From NCBI GenBank assembly GCA_012517775.1, contig JAAYUJ010000381.1, positions 1 through 42,903 of the forward strand: a DNA stretch of 42,903 nucleotides, given 5' to 3'. Origin of the DNA: Deltaproteobacteria bacterium (GTDB lineage Bacteria; Desulfobacterota; Syntrophobacteria; Syntrophobacterales; Syntrophobacteraceae). The first letter of the stretch is position 1. Every line of letters begins with the position of its first letter. Below the pieces are notes generated by a model. That model searched no databases. It worked only from the letters and a program-made list of their open reading frames with translations, and was not told the DNA's origin. This document shows, in pieces, positions 36,027-42,903 of this stretch. The position numbers and the translations under genes were made by a program.

Positions 36027-36566
36027 CTAATGCCTGAACGGCATGCCCATCAAGGCGAGAAGACTCCGCGCTTCATCATCATTTTTTGCAGTGGTGACGA
36101 TCGTAATGTTCATGCCCTTGATCTTGTCAATTTTGTCATAGTCAATTTCTGGAAATATAATATGTTCTTTGATTCCGAGCGTATAATTGCCTCGACCGTC
36201 CAGAGCGCGGGGTGAAACCCCCCGGAAATCTCGAACGCGGGGCAATGCTACATTGACGAGCTTGTCAAAGAACTCGTACATTCGGTTTCCCCTCAGGGTG
36301 ACCATGCATCCGATCGGCATCCCCTTGCGCAACTTGAATGCAGCGATGCTCTGGCGAGCGCGGGTGATGACAGCCTTTTGTCCACTGATTTGAGCCAGCT
36401 CTTCTGCCGCAGAATCAAGAATCTTGATGTTTTGAATGGCTTCCCCCAGACCCATGTTCAGGACAACCTTACTCAATCTGGGGATCTCCATCGAACTCTT
36501 GTACTTATACTGCTCGGCGAGCTTTGGAGCTATTTCGTTTCTATACATCTCGCGCAATCGTGCCAT
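36027..36566 (-). CDS. rplE: 50S ribosomal protein L5
   Basis: [43 protein letters not shown]. Confidence 0.97.
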   Translation of the reverse strand: MARLREMYRNEIAPKLAEQYKYKSSMEIPRLSKVVLNMGLGEAIQNIKILDSAAEELAQISGQKAVITRARQSIAAFKLRKGMPIGCMVTLRGNRMYEFFDKLVNVALPRVRDFRGVSPRALDGRGNYTLGIKEHIIFPEIDYDKIDKIKGMNITIVTTAKNDDEARSLLALMGMPFRH

Positions 36567-36604
36567 GAATTGCCTCCACTCCCGGCCCGTGAACTGAGCG
36601 GACG

Positions 36605-36937
36605 TTATCCGTCGATGACCTCGTTACACTTTTTGCAAAACCGGACTTTCCGGTTGTCTTCGAGGATGCGATAGCCCACTCGGGTCGGGTCCGTACATTT
36701 GGTACAAACCAACATCAAATTGGAAATGTGTATGGGAGCCTCACGCTCCAGGATTCCCCCCTGTCGGTTTTGCTGGTTCGGCTTCATGTGACGCTTGATC
36801 ATGTTGAGCTTCTCAACAATAGCCCGATCCTTCTTGGGAATGATCCTCATCACCTTGCCGCGCTTTCCCTTGTCTTTCCCAGCAACCACCACCACCGTGT
36901 CGTTTCTTTTTATGTGATATTTCTTTCGGGCTTCCAT
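36605..36937 (-). CDS. rplX: 50S ribosomal protein L24
   Basis: [24 protein letters not shown] forms the KOW motif. The C-terminus carries CTKC...CKKC. Confidence 0.96.
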   Translation of the reverse strand: MEARKKYHIKRNDTVVVVAGKDKGKRGKVMRIIPKKDRAIVEKLNMIKRHMKPNQQNRQGGILEREAPIHISNLMLVCTKCTDPTRVGYRILEDNRKVRFCKKCNEVIDG

Positions 36938-36957
36938 TGAACTGGCTCCTCAATTCC

Positions 36958-37326
36958 CTAAAGCACCTCTGGAGCAAGCGAGATAATCTTCATGAATTGC
37001 TTTGCGCGCAATTCCCTCGCCACCGGTCCGAAAATGCGTGTGCCGATCGGTTCTTTCGCCGCGTTGATAAGCACCGCCGAATTCTCGTCAAACTTGATGT
37101 AAGAACCGTCAGGCCGCCGTACTTCCTTCTTGGTCCGCACCACGACAGCCTTGAGCACATCGCCTTTCTTCACCTTGGCGTTGGGAATGGCCTCCTTCAC
37201 TGACACCACGATAATGTCCCCTACAGAGGCATAGCGACGTCGAGTACCCCCCAACACCTTTATGCAATACAGACGCTTGGCCCCGGAATTGTCCGCCGCA
37301 TTCAGTTGTGTTTCTGCTTGGATCAT
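36958..37326 (-). CDS. rplN: 50S ribosomal protein L14
   Basis: [27 protein letters not shown]... Confidence 0.98.
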   Translation of the reverse strand: MIQAETQLNAADNSGAKRLYCIKVLGGTRRRYASVGDIIVVSVKEAIPNAKVKKGDVLKAVVVRTKKEVRRPDGSYIKFDENSAVLINAAKEPIGTRIFGPVARELRAKQFMKIISLAPEVL

Positions 37327-37382
37327 GGCTCACTCCGTAATCATATTGGGTTTCCCGGAATCGCTACTGCAGCGGAACACTT

Positions 37383-37646
37383 TCAGATCGCCGCTTTTTC
37401 CAAGACCTTCACCACTACCCACCGTTTGTCCTTGCTCAGGGGCCGACTCTCTTCTATGAGCACCCGATCCCCCACCCCGCAGGCGCTGTGGGCATCGTGA
37501 GCCTTAAATTTATTGCGGCGCCGAACAAACTTCCGATACTTGGGATGATGCACAAGACGCTCAACCACCACCACCACCGTCTTCTCCATCTTGTTGCTCA
37601 TCACCGTTCCAACGCGTGTCTTGCGTGTCGATTTCTTCTCTTCCAT
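37383..37646 (-). CDS. rpsQ: 30S ribosomal protein S17
   Basis: [41 protein letters not shown]. Confidence 0.96.
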   Translation of the reverse strand: MEEKKSTRKTRVGTVMSNKMEKTVVVVVERLVHHPKYRKFVRRRNKFKAHDAHSACGVGDRVLIEESRPLSKDKRWVVVKVLEKAAI

Positions 37647-37652
37647 ACCTGC

Positions 37653-37859
37653 TTATCCTTGTGCCGCATTCTTTCTATCGGTTTCACCCAGAATGGTCAT
37701 AATCCGAGCGATATCCTTGCGATTCTTCGTGATCTGGGCCGTGTTCTCCAACTGCCCGGTCACTTTCTGGAACTTCAAGTTAAACAATCCCTCGCGAAGC
37801 TCCTTGAGCTTCTCGAGCAATTCATCTCTGGACATGTCCCGAAGAGCACCAGCTTTCAT
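37653..37859 (-). CDS. rpmC: 50S ribosomal protein L29
   Basis: [35 protein letters not shown]. Confidence 0.95.
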   Translation of the reverse strand: MKAGALRDMSRDELLEKLKELREGLFNLKFQKVTGQLENTAQITKNRKDIARIMTILGETDRKNAAQG

Positions 37860-38272
37860 AAAACATCCTGTCTCGATACGAAACGCGTTGGAATGGGGAG
37901 TTTGTTTGCTGCCAGCTTCAGGGCCTCTCTGGCAATCGACTCGGGAACTCCCTTGATCTCATAGAGTATACGTCCCGGCTTGATCACGGCGACCCATCCC
38001 TCCGGGGACCCCTTCCCTTTGCCCATCCGTGTTTCAGCAGGCTTCTTGGTAACAGGCTTGTCCGGAAAAAAGCGGATCCATACCTTGCCTCCACGTTTCA
38101 CGTGACGCGTAATGGCCACACGGGCCGCCTCAATTTGCCTGGATGTAATGTACCCGCATTCCATGGCCTTCAGACCGAAATCCCCAAAACTGATGGCACT
38201 TCCTCTAAAGGCGGTACCCGTCATGCGACCCTTCTGTTGCTTCCTGTATCTCACACGCTTTGGCGCCAACAT
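37856..38272 (-). CDS. rplP: 50S ribosomal protein L16
   Basis: [38 protein letters not shown]. Confidence 0.98.
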   Translation of the reverse strand: MLAPKRVRYRKQQKGRMTGTAFRGSAISFGDFGLKAMECGYITSRQIEAARVAITRHVKRGGKVWIRFFPDKPVTKKPAETRMGKGKGSPEGWVAVIKPGRILYEIKGVPESIAREALKLAANKLPIPTRFVSRQDVL

Positions 38273-38352
38273 GGAAACTGCTCCTGTTCAGCTTTGCCTT
38301 GACCACTTGAAAAAGAACACGACCCTCCCTGCCTTACGAGCATTCTGCAAGA

Positions 38353-38374
38353 CCTCCCGCTGTCTGGCGGGAGG
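38353..38374 (-). other. GC-rich hairpin inside the rpsC-rplP spacer
   Basis: CCTCCCGC (38353-38360) and GCGGGAGG (38367-38374) form an 8-bp perfect stem with a 6-nt loop. It is transcribed as part of the S10 operon RNA. Function unknown. Confidence 0.3.
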
Positions 38375-38406
38375 CGTCACTCATGGGGCTGCAACGAAAG
38401 CAATCG

Positions 38407-39033
38407 TCAGGGAAGCACCTCTCCCTTGAAAATCCAGACCTTCACCCCGATCACCCCGTACGTCGTCTTTGCCAGAGCCGTTCCGTAGTCAATATCCGCC
38501 CGAATGGTATGCAGAGGTACTCTGCCTTCCCGATACCATTCCCTTCTTGCCATTTCGGCACCACCCAATCGACCGGCGGATGCCACTCGCACACCTTTCG
38601 CCCCGAACTTGAGGGCTGATGTGACCGCCCGCTTCATGGCCCTCCTGAAGGCCACCCGCCTTACGAGCTGGAGTGCAATATTCTCCCCCACGAGGGTGGA
38701 GTCCAATTCAGGTCGGCGCACTTCCTGAATATCGATAAGGATTTCCCGTTTGAACTTGACTTCCAGGTCTCGACGCAAGGCTTCAATCTCAGCACCCTTC
38801 TTCCCGATGACAATCCCGGGACGTGCCGTAAAAATGCGAATCTTTGCCTTGTTAGCAGCCCTCTCAATCTCAACTCTGGAAATACCCGCGTGAAAGAGTC
38901 GCCCCTTGATGTAATCACGGATCAACCTGTCCTCGTGGACCAGTTTTGCATAATCCCTGGTGGCAAACCACCTTGAATCCCATGTCTTAAGGACGCCCAA
39001 ACGGAATCCTGTCGGATGCACCTTTTGTCCCAA
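38407..39033 (-). CDS. rpsC: 30S ribosomal protein S3
   Basis: (M)[23 protein letters not shown]... TTG start with GGAGGTG upstream. The protein is 208 aa and ends right after ...[10 protein letters not shown]. Confidence 0.97.
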   Translation of the reverse strand: MGQKVHPTGFRLGVLKTWDSRWFATRDYAKLVHEDRLIRDYIKGRLFHAGISRVEIERAANKAKIRIFTARPGIVIGKKGAEIEALRRDLEVKFKREILIDIQEVRRPELDSTLVGENIALQLVRRVAFRRAMKRAVTSALKFGAKGVRVASAGRLGGAEMARREWYREGRVPLHTIRADIDYGTALAKTTYGVIGVKVWIFKGEVLP

Positions 39034-39177
39034 ACTTCACCTCCACCGTTGGCTGACATTCATGCCGGACTGAACTCTGTATTCTCTCACCCGTTTCTCA
39101 ATCACCCGATCACTGACGCGATATCCCAGCTGCAGATGCGATCCCGATCGATCGAACACCGCCTCCCGGCAACCTGA

Positions 39178-39510
39178 TCAGGCTTCGTCAAGGACCACGG
39201 TAACGTGGCTCATTCTCTTGATGATTCGAGTTGCACGCCCCATTGCCCGCGGTCTCCACCTTTTCAGGCGTGGGGCCTCATCGACAAGGATAATCTTGAT
39301 AAAGAGGGTCTCCACATCAATGGACCGTTTGCTTTCCGCATTGGCAACGGCGGAGCGGAGGGTCTTATTGATCAGGCGACTGCCCTTCCTGGGTGTGTAC
39401 TTCAAGATGGTCAAGGCCTCGTCCACCTTCTTCCCCCTGACCAGGTCCGCAACAAGACGAGCCTTATGGGGAGAAACACGCAGGTATTTACCAACGGCTC
39501 TCACTTCCAT
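39178..39510 (-). CDS. rplV: 50S ribosomal protein L22
   Basis: [33 protein letters not shown]. Confidence 0.97.
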   Translation of the reverse strand: MEVRAVGKYLRVSPHKARLVADLVRGKKVDEALTILKYTPRKGSRLINKTLRSAVANAESKRSIDVETLFIKIILVDEAPRLKRWRPRAMGRATRIIKRMSHVTVVLDEA

Positions 39511-39797
39511 TATTTCTTCCCTTTCACTTTCGACTTCTTGTCACCCGCATGACCATAGAACGTCCTGGTTGGGGAAAACTCTCCCAGCTTGTGTCCGACC
39601 ATGTTCTCGGACACAAACACCGGTATGAACTTCTTTCCATTGTGGACAGCCAGGGTGAGGCCGACGAAATCGGGCAGAATGGTGGACCTTCTCGACCAGG
39701 TCTTGATCACCTTGCGGTCGCCTGTGTCCTTGGCCTTGAATACTTTCTGCATCAAATGACCATCAACAAATGGTCCTTTCTTGAGAGAGCGAGGCAC
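39510..39797 (-). CDS. rpsS: 30S ribosomal protein S19
   Basis: (M)[18 protein letters not shown]...[30 protein letters not shown] start with AAAGGAGAAAAAG upstream. Confidence 0.97.
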   Translation of the reverse strand: MPRSLKKGPFVDGHLMQKVFKAKDTGDRKVIKTWSRRSTILPDFVGLTLAVHNGKKFIPVFVSENMVGHKLGEFSPTRTFYGHAGDKKSKVKGKK

Positions 39798-39919
39798 CTT
39801 TTTCTCCTTTGAAGCTCTAGGCTCTCAAAACCAAAACTGTCGGTACAACAACCCCTTTCGCCGCAGGGTTTCCATAAAGCAACCACTGATGCAGAAAACC
39901 GCCGAGGCGCTATCACCCC

Positions 39920-40741
39920 CTACTTGCGACGGCGAATAATGAGATTGTCACTGCCCTTGCTCTTGCGGGTCCGATAACCCTTTGTGGGAACTCCCCATGG
40001 AGTACACGGATGGCGACCTCCGGAACTCCTTCCTTCGCCACCACCCATGGGATGGTCAACAGGGTTCATTGCAACCCCCCGCACATGCGGACGCCAACCT
40101 TGCCACCTCTTTCGGCCCGCTTTGCCAAGGGATCGGTTCTCGTGCTCAATGTTTCCTACCTGACCAACCGTTGCCCTGCACACGACAGGCACCATCCGCA
40201 TCTCACTGGACGGCAGGCGCAGGATTGCATGTTTCCCTTCTTTAGCGATCAACTGCGTACTGCATCCGGCAGATCTTGCCAGCTGTCCGCCCTTACCGGG
40301 CTTCAGTTCAACGTTGTGGACGACAGTCCCGAGGGGAATGTTGGCCAGTCGCAGACAGTTTCCCGGCTTGATATCCGCATCGTTGCCGGCAATGACCGTA
40401 TCCCCGACGGAAAGCCCAACAGGTGCAAGAATATACCGCTTCTCTCCATCCACATAGTGGAGCAATGCGATGTTCGCAGACCGGTTCGGGTCGTATTCGA
40501 TGGCTGCAACCTTTGCCGGAATGTCTTCTTTGTTGCGCTTGAAGTCGATGACCCGATACAGACGCCTGTGTCCGCCACCCCGATGCCATGCCGTCACCCG
40601 GCCGTGGCAGTTGCGGCCTCCCGTTCGCTTGAGGGGGACACAGAGGCTCTTCTCCGGCTCGCTGCGCGTAATCTCATCGAAGGTGCTGTATGTCTGAAAC
40701 CGACGACCGGGTGAGGTCGGATTGACCTTTTTCGTGCCCAT
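39920..40741 (-). CDS. rplB: 50S ribosomal protein L2
   Basis: [25 protein letters not shown]... starts at the ATG at 40741, preceded by AGGAGAAGGA, and gives 273 aa. The track GTG start at 40762 adds 7 aa. Confidence 0.96.
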   Translation of the reverse strand: MGTKKVNPTSPGRRFQTYSTFDEITRSEPEKSLCVPLKRTGGRNCHGRVTAWHRGGGHRRLYRVIDFKRNKEDIPAKVAAIEYDPNRSANIALLHYVDGEKRYILAPVGLSVGDTVIAGNDADIKPGNCLRLANIPLGTVVHNVELKPGKGGQLARSAGCSTQLIAKEGKHAILRLPSSEMRMVPVVCRATVGQVGNIEHENRSLGKAGRKRWQGWRPHVRGVAMNPVDHPMGGGEGRSSGGRHPCTPWGVPTKGYRTRKSKGSDNLIIRRRK

Positions 40742-40758
40742 GGGATCCTTCTCCTGCT

Positions 40759-41052
40759 TCACACGCCTTCAAAGAACTCAACGCGCTGCCCGGGTTTAAT
40801 GGTGACAATGGCCTTTTTCCAATCAGAACGCTGCGTGAAATGTTTACCGACCCGCTTCTTCTTGCCCTTCATATTGAAAGTGGTCACATCCAGCACATTC
40901 ACCTTGAAAATCAACTCGACGGCGTTCTTAATTTCAATCTTGTTCGCGCGGCGGTCCACCTCGAAGAAAAGCTTGTTGTAAGCTTCCTTTGCCTTTGTAC
41001 TCTTTTCCGTCACGAGAGGACGTTTGAGAATCTGATAGGACTTCTTGTTCAT
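40759..41052 (-). CDS. rplW: 50S ribosomal protein L23
   Basis: [39 protein letters not shown]. Confidence 0.96.
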   Translation of the reverse strand: MNKKSYQILKRPLVTEKSTKAKEAYNKLFFEVDRRANKIEIKNAVELIFKVNVLDVTTFNMKGKKKRVGKHFTQRSDWKKAIVTIKPGQRVEFFEGV

Positions 41053-41672
41053 GACCCCAGCGCCTCCTCCAATCTTGCCACGGCTTCCCGTGTCATCAAC
41101 AGGCTCCGGTACCTGAAAAGATCGTAGACATTCAACCCTTCGGACTTCAAGACTTTGACATGGGGAATATTCCTGGCCGACCTCTCCACCATTTCATCCT
41201 GTTGTGAGAGAACAACAAGGGCCTGGCTTATCTCGAACCTATCAAGCATGGATAAGAAGTCCTTGGTCTTGATCCTCTCCATTCGCAGATCATCCAGTAC
41301 CGTCAGGTTCTGATCGAGAAGCTTCTGGGAAAGGGCCATCTTGAGAGCGAGTCTTCTGACTTTCTTGGGAACCCGCATCTGGTAATCGCGTGGTTGAGGG
41401 CCATGAATCGTTCCGCCACCCCGCCATATGGGAGACCGACTCGTTCCTGCACGCGCCCGCCCCGTCCCTTTCTGGCGCCATGGTTTCCTGCCGCCTCCTG
41501 AAATTTCACTTCTTCCCTTTGTTTTGGCAGTTCCAGCTCTTCTCTTGGCCAGCTGGTACAGCACCACCTCGTGCATGACGTGAGGTTTCACCGGAACGGC
41601 AAACACATCCGCCCCCAACTCCAGTTGCCCCACCAGATCGCGATTCGTGTTGTAAACTTCCACTGTTGGCAT
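41049..41672 (-). CDS. rplD: 50S ribosomal protein L4
   Basis: [19 protein letters not shown]...[29 protein letters not shown]. The ATG at 41672 is preceded by GAGGGTG and gives 207 aa. The track start at 41762 overlaps rplC. Confidence 0.95.
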   Translation of the reverse strand: MPTVEVYNTNRDLVGQLELGADVFAVPVKPHVMHEVVLYQLAKRRAGTAKTKGRSEISGGGRKPWRQKGTGRARAGTSRSPIWRGGGTIHGPQPRDYQMRVPKKVRRLALKMALSQKLLDQNLTVLDDLRMERIKTKDFLSMLDRFEISQALVVLSQQDEMVERSARNIPHVKVLKSEGLNVYDLFRYRSLLMTREAVARLEEALGS

Positions 41673-41712
41673 GGTCACCCTCAAATCTATCCCAGACCGT
41701 CTTCCTTCCACA

Positions 41713-42345
41713 TCATCTGACCCGGTTGCTTTTCCTGATAAAGATGATCCCGTTCCTGGCACCCGGGACCGCTCCTTTCACGATGAGCAGGTTGTTTTCG
41801 GGGCGAACGTCGATGACTTTCAGGCTCATCACCGTGACTCTCTTGTTGCCCTTTTGGCCCGACATCTTCTTGCCCTTGATCACACGGCCAGGAAATGTCG
41901 CATTTCCGGTCGAACCCGGCTCACGAATGTTCTTGGATCCATGGGCAGCAGGCCCTCTCTGAAATCCCCATCGCTTGATCGTACCGGCAAAACCCTTCCC
42001 CCTGCTCGTACCGATCACATCCACCCGTTCACCGATTTCAAACGCATCGACGGAGAGATCCTGGCCAATCTCAAACTCGGAAACATCATTGACACGCACT
42101 TCCTGCAACACCTGAAAGTAGCCTTTGCCTGCCTTGTCCAGGTGACCTTTCATCGGTCGGTTCACGTTCCTGGGCTTTCTTGAACCAAATCCAATTTGCA
42201 GAGCGCTATATCCGTCTCTCTCAACAGTTTTGACCTGGGTGACAACGCAGGGGCCAGCTTCCACAACCGTCACCGGTACGGCGGTGCCGTCCTCGGCAAA
42301 GAACTGAGTCATCTCCAATTTGCGTCCAATGAGTGCTTTGACCAT
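41713..42345 (-). CDS. rplC: 50S ribosomal protein L3
   Basis: [33 protein letters not shown]... The ATG is at 42345. A GTG three codons upstream at 42354 is an alternative start. Confidence 0.96.
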   Translation of the reverse strand: MVKALIGRKLEMTQFFAEDGTAVPVTVVEAGPCVVTQVKTVERDGYSALQIGFGSRKPRNVNRPMKGHLDKAGKGYFQVLQEVRVNDVSEFEIGQDLSVDAFEIGERVDVIGTSRGKGFAGTIKRWGFQRGPAAHGSKNIREPGSTGNATFPGRVIKGKKMSGQKGNKRVTVMSLKVIDVRPENNLLIVKGAVPGARNGIIFIRKSNRVR

Positions 42346-42386
42346 ACCATCCACTCTCTTTCAGGATCATTGTCCACTCGAAAAAC

Positions 42387-42698
42387 CTACAGCTTGATTT
42401 CCACATCAACACCGGCAGACAGGTCCAGTTTCATGAGGGAGTCAACCGTCTGTTGTGTCGGTTCAAGTATGTCGATGAGCCGCTTATGGACGCGTATTTC
42501 AAACTGCTCACGGGATTTCTTGTCAACGTGGGGCGACCGGAGAACGGTATATCGTTGAATCTTCGTTGGAAGAGGAATCGGTCCGGCCACCCTTGCCCCA
42601 GTCTTCTTCGCGGTCATGACGATTTCACCCGTTGACTGGTCGAGCAATTTGTGATCATAAGCTTTCAAGCGGATGCGAATTCTTTGATTCGTCATCAT
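42387..42698 (-). CDS. rpsJ: 30S ribosomal protein S10
   Basis: [45 protein letters not shown]. Confidence 0.98.
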   Translation of the reverse strand: MMTNQRIRIRLKAYDHKLLDQSTGEIVMTAKKTGARVAGPIPLPTKIQRYTVLRSPHVDKKSREQFEIRVHKRLIDILEPTQQTVDSLMKLDLSAGVDVEIKL

Positions 42699-42766
42699 GA
42701 GTCTGGTTCCTGTCTGCCTGCACCGGAGTGAAGAGAACCTCCCGTGCTCTGTTCCATTTGGGGTAG

Positions 42767-42903
42767 TTATTGGATGATTTCCGTGATGACACCTGCTCCG
42801 ACGGTGCGGCCTCCCTCACGAATTGCAAACCGGAGCTCCTTCTCCATGGCTACCGGCGTGATCAGCTGCACCTGGCAACTGATGTTGTCCCCCGGCATCA
42901 CCA
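42767..42903 (-). CDS. tuf: Elongation factor Tu, 3' end only (continues beyond the window)
   Basis: Hand translation of the minus strand gives ...[44 protein letters not shown], with the stop at 42769-42767. It is absent from the ORF track because no start lies in the window. Confidence 0.93.
   Translation of the reverse strand, partial: VMPGDNISCQVQLITPVAMEKELRFAIREGGRTVGAGVITEIIQ

Noticed and set aside
38273-38409. Possible frameshift or truncation (pseudogenisation) of rpsC, because S3 ends right after KGEVLP and a long gap follows.
   Set aside because: All conserved S3 domains are intact over 208 aa. The other two frames downstream give short non-basic peptides (for example [24 protein letters not shown]) unlike S3 tails. 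Short-tailed S3 proteins exist, so I treat the gene as intact with a long spacer.

Overview
This is a chromosomal housekeeping window, roughly mid-50s % GC by eye. Gene order and protein flavour suggest an anaerobic deltaproteobacterium-type organism (Thermodesulfobacteriota/Syntrophia-like). That placement is inference and cannot be verified here.

Left ~26 kb, in order:
- 3' end of a radical-SAM/DUF2344 fusion gene, then rng and hemL
- an F0-only ATP synthase operon (atpZ-like, atpI, atpB, atpE) ending in terminators, then rex preceded by a near-perfect Rex-type palindrome
- on the minus strand: a short uvrA-like gene, pdxA, nadA, lolA-like, ftsK, RNase J and plsC
- ssb (+), tatA, a Cys-rich orphan, and hemA / ccsA(hemX)-like / sirC
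- an ispB-like prenyl synthase, rimO, an unknown polytopic membrane protein and a small Cys-rich ORF

Right ~16 kb (26.7-42.9 kb, minus strand) holds the complete tuf(3' end)-S10-spc-alpha ribosomal super-operon in canonical order: rpsJ rplC rplD rplW rplB rpsS rplV rpsC rplP rpmC rpsQ rplN rplX rplE rpsN rpsH rplF rplR rpsE rpmD rplO secY adk map infA rpmJ rpsM rpsK rpsD rpoA rplQ.

I found no rRNA, tRNA, CRISPR array, transposase/integrase or recognisable defence/toxin genes. I do not see a convincing novel multi-gene system, and the window is mostly core genes.

The leads worth a second look are modest:
- a UvrA homologue that appears to lack the insertion domain
- an ATP synthase c subunit with a signal-peptide-like N-terminal extension and a partial Na+-type ion site
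- a Rex operator/autoregulation arrangement next to the F0 operon
- an uncharacterised internally repeated membrane protein upstream of rimO and ispB
- two Cys-rich orphan proteins
- a terminator-like hairpin directly in front of the sirC-hemX-hemA cluster
- three unusually long (122-144 nt) spacers inside the S10 operon

Several track ORFs are over-extended at the 5' end. I re-derived the starts by hand from SD motifs and homologue N-termini, so start coordinates are less certain than stops.
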